Origin: an uncultured bacterium
GTDB taxonomy: Bacteria; JAJVIF01; JAPKYR01
Assembly (NCBI GenBank): GCA_965369865.1
Contig: CBDURU010000019.1
Coordinates: 1-42,349 of the forward strand
DNA: 42,349 nt
Direction: 5' to 3'
Under the pieces are notes generated by a model. That model was not told the origin of the DNA and did not search any database. It saw nothing but the letters and a program-made list of their open reading frames with translations. Positions 1 to 9,313 of the stretch are shown here, in pieces (position 1 is the stretch's first letter; each line of letters begins with the position of its first letter). Made by a program: the position numbers and the translations under genes.

Positions 1-89
1 TGTTATTAAATTACTTGGTGGGAGATGTCTGACCCGCCAAAGTCCAGGGCTCCAAATTGAGGAGTCTGGAATTCAAAAGGATGTAAAAC

Positions 90-2717
90 ATGACTGCAAC
101 GTCTACACAAGTCAAGGAAGATGTTTGGATACACACGTCATGCGGTGGCTGTTATGCCCAGTGCGGCATAAAGGCTCACCGTGTCGATGGTGTAATCGTG
201 GGTCTTGAAGGCGATCCTGAAACTCCTGCGGGGAGTGGCAGGATCTGTGCTAAAGGAACCGCACAACTTCATACCCTCTACGACCGGCATCGACTTAATT
301 ACCCGGTTAAGAGAGGGAATCCCAAGAAAGGTGTGCATGAGGATCCAATGTGGGAGAGGATCTCATGGGAAGAAGCTATGGATACGATTATAACCAAGCT
401 TCAGAACATGAAGGATCGCAGGGGTTGCTATTTCCAGGCGACCACCGTTCAGACCAGCGAGATCCGGTTCGCGGTTCCCGCGTTCATGCGTGCCTTTGGT
501 TTTAATAATTACTGGGTGTCGGGAGGTGGGTTATGGTGCGGAAATGGTGCACACTTCATGAACGGCATCACTCATGCCTCGTGGTCCATCATTCCCGATT
601 GGACCCACAACAATTACACCCTCTACTTCGGATGCTCGAAGGGTCATGGCGCCGGTCACGCCGCCTTGCAGAGCGCGCAGTGGGTTGCGGATGCAAGGGC
701 AAGGGGGATGAAAGCGGTTGTGTTCGACCCGTACCTTTCCACGCAGGCCTCCAAGGCTGAAGAGTGGGTTCCCATCCGGGTTGGTACGGATGCCGCGGCC
801 GCTCTCGGGATGATAAATGTCATCCTGAACGAGCTTGGGGTCTGGGACGCCCACTATCTCAAGTGGAAGACCAATTCGCCTTACCTGATCAAATCCGACG
901 GGAAGTACAAGAGAGACCAGGCCACAAACAAGCCCCTTATCTGGGATACGGAGGATAACAGGGCGAAAACCTTCGACGATGAATCTATCAGGGACTTTGC
1001 CCTTTTGGGAGAATTCAATGTCGAAGGTGAACAGTGCCATCCGGCGTTTCAGCTTCTCAAGGATCATGTGAAGGAGAATTATCCGCTTGATAAGGTGGAG
1101 GAAATCACTTCTGTTCCTGTATCGACACTCCGCCGTATCGCGACGGAATTCGCGGAGAATGCCCAGATCGGCAGCACGATTACCATTGATGGCAAGGAGT
1201 TTCCACTCAGGCCGTCAGCGGCGATCTTTTTCCGTGGCAGCCAGGGTCACGTCAACTCCGGTTGGAACTGCCTTTCTATCGACCTCCTGAATCATATTAT
1301 GGGAGCGGCCGATGTCCCTGGCGGGGCAATGGGTCACGGACCACCGGTCTGTCACGGCCATCCGAACACCGGAAAACCAGAAACCATTCCGTATGCGTGC
1401 CCTGACGGCCTTATGATCGTCAAGGGTTGGGTGTATGACCATAAACCCTACCCGCTCAGGGAGCCGCATGCCCCTACCAGGCTCGACCTTCAGGATATGT
1501 TCCCAAGTTCGATTTACAATGCGTTTACTATCATGTCCCCTGACTGGGAAAAGTACCTGAAGCAGTTCAAAATCGATTATGAGCCGGAAATCATGATCAA
1601 TTTCGGCTCCAATTCAGTGATGACGATGGCCAATGCGGAGGATATTACCGAAAACTTCCTCAAGAAATTTGACTTCATTTTCTCGTTCAATATTTACCAG
1701 AATGAGTTCACAGAGGCGGTTGCCGACATCGTACTTCCTGACTGCAGTTTCCTCGAGCGTTACACTCCCTGTGTGACATTCCCCTCCACTTTCTGCCATC
1801 CAACCGGTATGGACCACTGGGTCTGGCAGATACGTCAACCTGTTGTCGAACCAATGTTCGAGCGCCGCGATTTCAACGTAGTCATGCTCGAACTCGCTGA
1901 CAGGCTCGGAATTAAGGACAAGTATTACAGCGTTATTAATGACCTTATCCCCGTCCGTTACGGCGGTGAGATGTCAGAAAAGTACAAGATACAACCTGAT
2001 GGCGATTATACCTGGGAGGATATATGCGACCGGGTTCTTAAGGACAGGCTCGGTGATGATAACGGCCTTGAGGCCCTGAAGAAAACCGGCCTTGTTAAAT
2101 GGAAGACCAAGCCCGAAGAGATGTACTGGAGATGGCATGTCCCTGTCAGGATTCCTATCTACTTTGAGTTCTTCATCGATGGCGGACAAAAGGCCCAGAA
2201 GGTCCTTGCCGAGTTCGGTGCGGAGGACTGGCTGGACCTCAGGTTCTATACAGGCCTGCCAAATTGGTTCCCATGTCCCTCCCATACGGAAAAGAATCCT
2301 GATTTCGATTTGTGGGGCTTCTGCTGGCGTCCATCCTTCCACACTCAGTCCTCCTCCCAGAACAATCCCTGGCTTGATGAGATATCATGCAACGATCCAT
2401 GGGTGTACCTGATTCAGATCAACGAGGATACGGGCAAGAAAAAAGGCATGAAAGACGGAGATTGGATCTGGGTTGAAAACACTGTCGGTAAAAAGATTAA
2501 GGGTCCTATAAAACTGGTTCAGGGCTTGCATCCCGAGCATCTGGCTGTTGCGGGATGTCACGGTCACTGGGCGAGGGCAACCCCGATATCAAAAGGAAAG
2601 GGTCAATTCTTCGATGACCTTATCATGATCGGAATTGAGTACACCGACCCTCTGACCCAGGGTACCGATGCATGTGTTAAAGTAAAAATCTATAAAATGA
2701 AGGAAGGTGAACGATAA
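90..2717 (+). CDS. Molybdopterin (Mo/W-bisPGD, DMSO reductase family) oxidoreductase catalytic subunit, no Tat signal
   Basis: 875 aa. N-terminal [4Fe-4S] motif CGGCYAQC...GRICAKG, RLNYPVKR...ISWEEA, ADIVLPD, and a C-terminal molybdopterin-dinucleotide-binding domain (INEDTGKKKGMKDGDWIWVEN). No RR leader. Confidence 0.92.
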   Translation: MTATSTQVKEDVWIHTSCGGCYAQCGIKAHRVDGVIVGLEGDPETPAGSGRICAKGTAQLHTLYDRHRLNYPVKRGNPKKGVHEDPMWERISWEEAMDTIITKLQNMKDRRGCYFQATTVQTSEIRFAVPAFMRAFGFNNYWVSGGGLWCGNGAHFMNGITHASWSIIPDWTHNNYTLYFGCSKGHGAGHAALQSAQWVADARARGMKAVVFDPYLSTQASKAEEWVPIRVGTDAAAALGMINVILNELGVWDAHYLKWKTNSPYLIKSDGKYKRDQATNKPLIWDTEDNRAKTFDDESIRDFALLGEFNVEGEQCHPAFQLLKDHVKENYPLDKVEEITSVPVSTLRRIATEFAENAQIGSTITIDGKEFPLRPSAAIFFRGSQGHVNSGWNCLSIDLLNHIMGAADVPGGAMGHGPPVCHGHPNTGKPETIPYACPDGLMIVKGWVYDHKPYPLREPHAPTRLDLQDMFPSSIYNAFTIMSPDWEKYLKQFKIDYEPEIMINFGSNSVMTMANAEDITENFLKKFDFIFSFNIYQNEFTEAVADIVLPDCSFLERYTPCVTFPSTFCHPTGMDHWVWQIRQPVVEPMFERRDFNVVMLELADRLGIKDKYYSVINDLIPVRYGGEMSEKYKIQPDGDYTWEDICDRVLKDRLGDDNGLEALKKTGLVKWKTKPEEMYWRWHVPVRIPIYFEFFIDGGQKAQKVLAEFGAEDWLDLRFYTGLPNWFPCPSHTEKNPDFDLWGFCWRPSFHTQSSSQNNPWLDEISCNDPWVYLIQINEDTGKKKGMKDGDWIWVENTVGKKIKGPIKLVQGLHPEHLAVAGCHGHWARATPISKGKGQFFDDLIMIGIEYTDPLTQGTDACVKVKIYKMKEGER

Positions 2718-3346
2718 TGGCACGTTATGGTTTTGTTATAGATCTAAAACGGTGCTATGGGTGTTATACCTGCACGGTTGCATGCAAAGCTGAGAATCAT
2801 ACTCCTCAGGGAATTGACTGGGCCAAGTGTGTACCGGCTGAGATAGGTTCATATCCTTCAGCCCTGAGACAGATGCTTCCTCTAGTCTGCCAGCAGTGTG
2901 CTGAACCGGCATGCAGGGACGTCTGCCCGACCGGAGCGACCCAGGTAGATGAGAACGGAATCGTTTTCGTCGATCCGGACCTCTGCATGGGATGCAAGAC
3001 CTGCATGATGGCTTGTCCGTACGGTGCCCGCCAATTGGTCAGTGAGTTCCAAACCTACTTCCCGGATGCCGAGGGTGACCTCGATCCTTACGAAGCATAC
3101 TGCAAGAAGGAATGGGAAGAGAAAAACGGGTACGGTCTGGCAACAAAGTGCGATTACTGTCGTGACCGTGTCGCAGACGGCAAACAACCCGCCTGTGTAG
3201 AGGCTTGTCCCGCTAAGGCTCGTACTTTCGGTGATCTCGATGATCCCGAGAGCGAAGTTTCCATCCTGATCCGACGGGCAGCGGGCTTCCAGCTCAATCC
3301 TGAATTCGGTACTGAACCATCATGTTATTACTTACCGCCGAGGTGA
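2717..3346 (+). CDS. 4Fe-4S dicluster electron-transfer subunit (DmsB/PsrB/NrfC type)
   Basis: Four Cys clusters (CYGCYTCTVAC, CQQCAEPACRDVCP, CMGCKTCMMACPYG, KCDYC...PACVEACP). TAATG overlap with the upstream gene. Confidence 0.95.
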   Translation: MARYGFVIDLKRCYGCYTCTVACKAENHTPQGIDWAKCVPAEIGSYPSALRQMLPLVCQQCAEPACRDVCPTGATQVDENGIVFVDPDLCMGCKTCMMACPYGARQLVSEFQTYFPDAEGDLDPYEAYCKKEWEEKNGYGLATKCDYCRDRVADGKQPACVEACPAKARTFGDLDDPESEVSILIRRAAGFQLNPEFGTEPSCYYLPPR

Positions 3347-3351
3347 CACAA

Positions 3352-4242
3352 ATGAAAATGAAAGCACAAACTAAATGGGGCTGGGATCACTCAATTTACC
3401 TGTTTCTCGGCGGACTTGGAGCGGCTGCCTATGTGACGGGTGCTATAGCCGGCTTCGCCGCCGAAGAATGGGCTGGCATTTCAAAAGCCGGAATTATTTT
3501 CGGAGTAATAGCCCTTGGAGTCGGATACCTGGTCCTGCTCATGGGACTTGGTGTACCGAAGAACGCGATTTATTCGATGAAATGTCCAGGGACCTCCTGG
3601 ATTTCCCGAGGGGTCATTATCGTTTCGGCTTTCTTGGTTTTCGCCGGTATTCACTGGATCCTTACAGTTTTTAATCTAAGCATTACATTAGGGAGATTAC
3701 TCAGTGTCCCTGCAATTATCCTGGGATTCGGGGTAATGATGTACACGGGATACCTTCTGGCTGCCAACAGGCCGATCGCACTCTGGAGTAATCCACTAAC
3801 CCCGATGGTTTTCCTTTTGAACGCTCTGTATTCCGGTATATTGGCAACCATTCTGGTATCGGCCCTGTTTGTACAGGGTGCGATAGATCAGATCAATACG
3901 CTTGGTTTACACGCGGTTGCTGGTGGAGCAATCATGATTTTCGTGCTTGTGTTCTATGTTTCTGCGACCCATCGCGTGCCGGAAGGAAGAGCTGCAGTTG
4001 ATATGATGATAACCGGACCGGCATCTACGATGTTCTGGTTCGGGGTAATAATAGTAGGGTTACTCATTCCAGTCATACTGGAGCTTTTCGCGACCCAGAT
4101 GGAGAATCCTGTTTTGCTGCATATTATTGCGGCAATAGCGGGATTAATCGGGATGCTGTTGCTCCGGCATGTAATCCTTGTATGCGGTGTTTTTGCGCGT
4201 CTCAAGGCTGCACGGTTTGAGTACGTTTTACCGCATATATGA
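3352..4242 (+). CDS. NrfD/PsrC-family membrane anchor subunit
   Basis: W-x-x-x-x-x-x-YLFLGGLGAA N-terminus, SWISRG, YTGYLL...PIALW, multiple hydrophobic helices. Start moved to ATG 3352 behind GAGGTG. Confidence 0.88.
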   Translation: MKMKAQTKWGWDHSIYLFLGGLGAAAYVTGAIAGFAAEEWAGISKAGIIFGVIALGVGYLVLLMGLGVPKNAIYSMKCPGTSWISRGVIIVSAFLVFAGIHWILTVFNLSITLGRLLSVPAIILGFGVMMYTGYLLAANRPIALWSNPLTPMVFLLNALYSGILATILVSALFVQGAIDQINTLGLHAVAGGAIMIFVLVFYVSATHRVPEGRAAVDMMITGPASTMFWFGVIIVGLLIPVILELFATQMENPVLLHIIAAIAGLIGMLLLRHVILVCGVFARLKAARFEYVLPHI

Positions 4243-4304
4243 GCCGGAATTTTGTATAAAACTCTGACAGAGGGCTCAGAGTTCAAAGTAACTGGTAATA
4301 GATG

Positions 4305-4330
4305 AGCGCCCCTCGCGGGGCGCTTTATTA
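4305..4330 (+). terminator. Putative intrinsic terminator of the oxidoreductase operon
   Basis: Perfect 8-bp stem AGCGCCCC-tcgc-GGGGCGCT followed by a short T-rich tail. Confidence 0.6.
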
Positions 4331-4421
4331 TTCATATTGAGTCAGATTACTGATCTGATTTATTTTCAACTCCGGGTTTTTATAAGGTCCGGATTATACA
4401 ATTCAATTTTCGGAGACTATT

Positions 4422-5579
4422 GTGAAAATTCAAGAACATCATGCGCGTGATATCTTTCAAAAATACGGGATTCCCGTACCCGATGCTGAAGTCGCGACAA
4501 CTGCGTCGGAAGCAAAAGACATTGCGGAACGACTTGGCTTTCCGGTTGTCATAAAAGCCCAGGTTCTGGTGGGCGGACGCGGCAAAGCCGGGGGGGTGAA
4601 GATCGCGACAGACAAAACCGATGCATTGAAAAAAGCCGATGAAATTCTCGGCATGGACATCAAAGGCCTTACGGTTGAAAAAGTTCTTGTCGCACCGGCT
4701 GTCGATATCGAAAAGGAATACTATATCGGTATCACCGTCGATCGCGACCGTAAAAAACATGTGGTTATCGTATCCTCCGCGGGTGGGGTCAATATCGAGG
4801 AGGTCGCCGAGAAAACGCCGGAGAAAATCGGGAAAATCTGGATCGACCCGGCGTACGGGCTTCATCCCTACGAACTTCGAAAAGTCCTTTTCGGCGCTGG
4901 ATTCGAGCCGAAAGTAGCCATTAAGGCTGCAGGTATCCTCAAGAGATTATTCAACGCGGTCACTCACATGGATATGTCTCTCGTGGAAATCAATCCACTC
5001 GTTCTGACCGCCGATGGCCAGGTGCTTGCAATCGACGCCAAGGTCAATTTCGATGACAGCGGGATTTACAGGCATCCGGAACTGAAAGAACTCAAGGAGA
5101 GCGAAGATACGGATCCAATCGAGATTGAAGCTCATGCTCGCGGATTGACCTATGTCCGCCTGACAGACGGCAACGTTGGTATAATCGGTAACGGTGCCGG
5201 GCTGGTAATGGCAACCATGGACGAAGTAAATCGCGCGGGAAGGGGGATTGCCAAACCAGCGAATTTCCTCGACATTGGAGGTGGAGCACAGGCCGAGATG
5301 GTTAAGGATTCCCTGGAGGTAGTACTGAGCGATCCGAATGTCAAGTCGGTACTTATCAATGTATTCGGTGGAATCACCCGGTGCGATGAAGTGGCGAAGG
5401 GTCTTCTCCAGGCGATCGAGGGAATCGAGCTGAGGGCCCCGGTAGTTGTACGGCTGGCCGGGACCAACTGGGAAGAAGGAAAGAAGATCCTTGAGGGCTC
5501 ACGGTTTACGCCGGTCGAAAGCCTTGAGGAAGCCACTGAAAAGATTGTCGGCTGGATGACTGAAAAGAGCAGCGTTTAA
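4422..5579 (+). CDS. sucC: Succinyl-CoA synthetase (ADP-forming) beta subunit
   Basis: KAQVLVGGRGKAGGVK, EINPL, DAK, GNGAGLVMATMD, PANFLDIGGGA, NVFGGITRCDEVA, VRLAGTN. GTG start after GGAG. Confidence 0.97.
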   Translation: MKIQEHHARDIFQKYGIPVPDAEVATTASEAKDIAERLGFPVVIKAQVLVGGRGKAGGVKIATDKTDALKKADEILGMDIKGLTVEKVLVAPAVDIEKEYYIGITVDRDRKKHVVIVSSAGGVNIEEVAEKTPEKIGKIWIDPAYGLHPYELRKVLFGAGFEPKVAIKAAGILKRLFNAVTHMDMSLVEINPLVLTADGQVLAIDAKVNFDDSGIYRHPELKELKESEDTDPIEIEAHARGLTYVRLTDGNVGIIGNGAGLVMATMDEVNRAGRGIAKPANFLDIGGGAQAEMVKDSLEVVLSDPNVKSVLINVFGGITRCDEVAKGLLQAIEGIELRAPVVVRLAGTNWEEGKKILEGSRFTPVESLEEATEKIVGWMTEKSSV

Positions 5580-5621
5580 AATTTCTTTGCTAACAATAAA
5601 ATACTTCAGATAGAGGTTATC

Positions 5622-6485
5622 ATGAGCATAATCGTTGATAAAAATACAAAAGTTGTGATCCAGGGGATCACCGGACGCGAGGGGCAGTTCCACGCACGAC
5701 AGATGATCGAGTACGGGACCAACGTGGTCGCCGGGGTCACGCCTGGAAAGGGCGGTCAGAAAATGGATGATGTCCCGGTTTTTAACACCGTGGCGGAAGC
5801 TATAAAAGAAACCGGAGCAAACGCCAGTATGGTGTTAGTTCCTGCGGCGTTCGCAACAGATGCATGTCTGGAAGCTGTCGATGCCGGTTGCAAAGTAGTC
5901 GTGCTGATTACCGAGGGTATCCCGCAGCAGGACATGATCGAGGTGTACCACACGTGCAAGGAAGCAGGTGTAACACTAATCGGTCCGAACTGCCCGGGAA
6001 TTATTTCACCAGGCCAATGCAAGATAGGAATACTGCCGCAGGACATTTTCGTGGAGGGTCCTGTGGGTGTTGTCAGCCGGTCCGGTACTTTAACCTATGA
6101 GGTTGTCGATGGTCTGACGAGAAAGGGTGTAGGACAGTCAACATGTATAGGCGTTGGTGGAGACCCGATTATTGGAACGACATTTAAAGATGTCCTTGTT
6201 GATTTCGATAACGATCCCGAGACTAAAGCGGTTGTTTTAATCGGCGAGATCGGGGGTTTGGACGAACAGGACGCCGCTGAGATTATCAAGGATTTAAAGA
6301 CGCCGGTATTTGCATTTATCGGTGGTCGAACGGCACCTCCGGGTAAAAGAATGGGCCATGCCGGTGCGATCGTCAGCGGTAAGGGATCGACAGCCGATGC
6401 GAAGATGGAAGCGTTCAGGGCAGTGGGCGTTCCGGTAGCTGACACGATCGGCGAGCTTGTGGACATGGCAGTGGCTGAGGTGTAG
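5622..6485 (+). CDS. sucD: Succinyl-CoA synthetase alpha subunit
   Basis: [39 protein letters not shown] and the phospho-His loop [12 protein letters not shown]. Confidence 0.97.
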   Translation: MSIIVDKNTKVVIQGITGREGQFHARQMIEYGTNVVAGVTPGKGGQKMDDVPVFNTVAEAIKETGANASMVLVPAAFATDACLEAVDAGCKVVVLITEGIPQQDMIEVYHTCKEAGVTLIGPNCPGIISPGQCKIGILPQDIFVEGPVGVVSRSGTLTYEVVDGLTRKGVGQSTCIGVGGDPIIGTTFKDVLVDFDNDPETKAVVLIGEIGGLDEQDAAEIIKDLKTPVFAFIGGRTAPPGKRMGHAGAIVSGKGSTADAKMEAFRAVGVPVADTIGELVDMAVAEV

Positions 6486-6782
6486 GAACATTGAAGTAAA
6501 TAGATTGATTATCCTATTTAAATTTGGTAACTTTCTCAATTGTGCTGCTGCAAGTGGAGTAAGGAGTTTTTTACGACACCTGGTTTGCGGAAATCAAGGT
6601 TGCTTTTTACTAAATCTTGATGGTATGTGCGACTCTCGAAGGAGAGATTGTTCGCGTTCGGCCAGAAAAGGCCAATACCGGATGATAGTATTCGAGCCTT
6701 GTTATTGTATCTTGATTGAAGGTGACATTATCCACCTTGTTTTTCATAAGAATACAGGATTCAATCGCCTAGGAGGAATCTC

Positions 6783-8951
6783 ATGATCTCGTTAAAGCTG
6801 AATAGATTATTCTCATTGGGACTTGTAGCTATCTGCCTTATATTCATTGTTGGAGGTAATTCCTCCCGTGCTCAGGAAAGCCCCGTTTTTCAAGTGGATG
6901 GGGAGTGGGCAATCACCATTTCGGCTAATGGAAGCGCTCCTTTGGTGTCGGATGAAGGTTTGTCGCGGGAAGCCGCCATCCAGGACGCCTTGATACAAGC
7001 TGTGTATCAAGCTGCGATACAAATAGTCGGTTCACAGAACAGCTATCTGGACTCCCCCCAGTTCAATACTTTCATCGCCGATTCATATACTGCCTTTGTA
7101 TCGGATTACATGATCAGATCTGGAGGTTCACTTGGCTCCGAGTACCATGTTAGTCTCGATGTCAACGTAAAAATCGGAGAGTTATCTCTTGAGCTGTTCA
7201 GGCGCGAAGTGCCTTTCCCGAAACCTCGCGTGATGGTAATAATCTCGGAGAAGCACAACCTTCAGACAACAGAATATGCGAATGCGGAAAGCACTATCAT
7301 TCGAGGTCTGGTGGAAGCCGGCTTTGATGTTGTGGACCAAACTCAATCAGTGGCAATCCGTGAGGACGAGTTGGTTCGGCAGGCGCTACAAGGATCACCT
7401 GAGGGATTGCTTCACGATCAGCGTATTATCGATCAAAGGGCGGAAATATTGGTTGTAGGTGAAGCTTTGAGTGAACTCGCTGATACAGAAGGTGGGCTCT
7501 TCGCTTGCAGGGCTGCAATCACAGTGAGGGTGATTCAGGTTGATTCCGCAAAAGTACTTTCCGCATTTGATTCTACGGTAAGCGGGAGAGACACCACTGA
7601 GCTGTTGGCCACTAAAGATGCTTTGAGTAACTCCGGGAACCAGGCATTGCAATACCTTATCCCGGATCTTTTGATGAAATTCAATCCGTACGCACCACAT
7701 GCCATGTTAATTAATGTCTATGGGATAGAATATGCGGATTTAGTAACTTTCGAGCATGATATGTCCCGTAATGTCCTCGGTGTAACAGCAGTTTATCGCC
7801 GCAATTACGCGACCAGCAACGCTGAACTGGAGGTTATGTGCACAGGATCAGCCCAAAATTTGGCCGACAATTTTATTTTAAACCCATTTACCCAATTCAC
7901 ATTCGATATAGTGGAATTCTCTGAAAACAGGATTGATTTAAGAATTACGGGAATAGATCCTGAATTTGTACCGCCATCACCCGGGAGGATCGAAGACCTC
8001 CCGTTTGTAGGTCAATCTGGAAACAACGGTTTCCCTGCCGGTATTGGTGAGCAGCCGGTTGAAACAAGTTCTGATCCGAGAATCAGGTTAACCATCGTAC
8101 CTTTTGATGATCCAGCTCATATTGGTTTAGGGACAATCGCAGCAAACACGTTGAGAGACAAATTGAACAAATTGAGGTGGTTTAATTTTATCGCTGCTGA
8201 GGAGATAGATGACCTAAACCAAATTCTTAGAGACAGGGCCAATTGGTATAACATGGATATCAGTTCGTTCGGTACCAACATTGGACAGGCAGATTTTGAC
8301 TGGATGATAGTCGGAAGCATCAACAGTGTCGTCTATACTGTTGAGGAAGAGCAAGTCGATTTCGATAATATTCTTGATATTCTATCTTTATTAGCTAGAA
8401 GCCAATCGGAAGAGACTACTCCGTCCTGGGTTAAGAAAGGCACTATGGAAATATCAATTAAAATGGTGGATTTAAGGACATTTGAGGTAATGTTCGAAGA
8501 TTCGTTAGTGAGCTGGGATAGTCAAAGTTCCCAAGCTGAGATGGCGATAGGAAAAGATGAGCACATGGAAGACAATATGCTGAACGCTGCAATAATGGAT
8601 GCATATATCAGAATTCTAATAAAGTGCTATGATATGTTTGATGTAGAGGGATATGTATTTGCAAAAGACCCAAACTGGGAGAATCGCGGCTACGTTAATT
8701 TGACAAGTCAGGATGGTCTCTTGGTTGAAATGCCAATGTTGGTTTATATGCCTGGCGAGCCGGTTATTATGCCAAATGGTGAGGAAATAGTAACATGGAG
8801 AGAATTGTGTAAAGTTACTGTTAAGGAAATTTATGATAGCGAAGAATATTCAGTCATTGAAATGGAAAATAAATGGTTTGAGTGGGTGGAGTGTGAGCCG
8901 GGACAGAATAAAGTTGTACCTACAATGCTGGTGGATAAATGGAAATACTGA
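6783..8951 (+). CDS. Secreted multidomain protein with FlgT-N-like and CsgG/TolB-N-like domains
   Basis: 722-aa ORF, RBS AGGAGG, N-terminal signal peptide. REAAIQDALIQAV (FlgT-N-like), KPRVMVIISE...GFDVVD and LTIVPFDD...DWMIVGSI (CsgG-like folds). Confidence 0.6.
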   Translation: MISLKLNRLFSLGLVAICLIFIVGGNSSRAQESPVFQVDGEWAITISANGSAPLVSDEGLSREAAIQDALIQAVYQAAIQIVGSQNSYLDSPQFNTFIADSYTAFVSDYMIRSGGSLGSEYHVSLDVNVKIGELSLELFRREVPFPKPRVMVIISEKHNLQTTEYANAESTIIRGLVEAGFDVVDQTQSVAIREDELVRQALQGSPEGLLHDQRIIDQRAEILVVGEALSELADTEGGLFACRAAITVRVIQVDSAKVLSAFDSTVSGRDTTELLATKDALSNSGNQALQYLIPDLLMKFNPYAPHAMLINVYGIEYADLVTFEHDMSRNVLGVTAVYRRNYATSNAELEVMCTGSAQNLADNFILNPFTQFTFDIVEFSENRIDLRITGIDPEFVPPSPGRIEDLPFVGQSGNNGFPAGIGEQPVETSSDPRIRLTIVPFDDPAHIGLGTIAANTLRDKLNKLRWFNFIAAEEIDDLNQILRDRANWYNMDISSFGTNIGQADFDWMIVGSINSVVYTVEEEQVDFDNILDILSLLARSQSEETTPSWVKKGTMEISIKMVDLRTFEVMFEDSLVSWDSQSSQAEMAIGKDEHMEDNMLNAAIMDAYIRILIKCYDMFDVEGYVFAKDPNWENRGYVNLTSQDGLLVEMPMLVYMPGEPVIMPNGEEIVTWRELCKVTVKEIYDSEEYSVIEMENKWFEWVECEPGQNKVVPTMLVDKWKY

Positions 8952-9022
8952 ATAGGGACACAGAAAACACAGAAAAGGGAGGAAAGCACACCACCGGACA
9001 CAAGTGTATGCCAGACCAGCCT

Positions 9023-9068
9023 GGTCTGCCATGAGGACAGGACAAACCACATACCAAGTATTACTTGC
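9023..9068. repeat. Short palindromes, REP-like
   Basis: CAGACCA-gcc-TGGTCTG and CAAGTA-t-TACTTG hairpins in the gap between convergent genes. Confidence 0.35.
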
Positions 9069-9313
9069 AGGCTGTGCCACGGAAGCTGATCTGAAATTAT
9101 AATTTTGGAATAATAAATTCCTTAAGAGAAGCCCAGGTAACATTTCCCGGGTTTCCTCATTTCATATAATATCTTAGACAGTATAAATAATACAGGTTTG
9201 GGCTTTATGCCTGGCTGTTTCCGAATCGCCTTCGCGGAGATGGTAACGGTGTCAACGGACTGCGCGACACAGATAGTTCTGCGATACTTCCCAAGTCAAT
9301 AAGATTCGTTACA

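Noticed and set aside
15..70. Two hairpins in the leader of the Mo-enzyme operon, possible Moco/Wco riboswitch
   Set aside because: The stems exist (TTGGTGGG/CCCGCCAA and TCCAG..CTCC/GGAG..CTGGA), but no recognisable consensus is present and the leader is cut by the window edge.
6457..6786. 109-aa ORF between sucD and the secreted protein
   Set aside because: It overlaps sucD out of frame, has no RBS and has atypical composition.
8958..8976. ACACAGAAA tandem duplication
   Set aside because: Only two short low-complexity copies with no supporting context.
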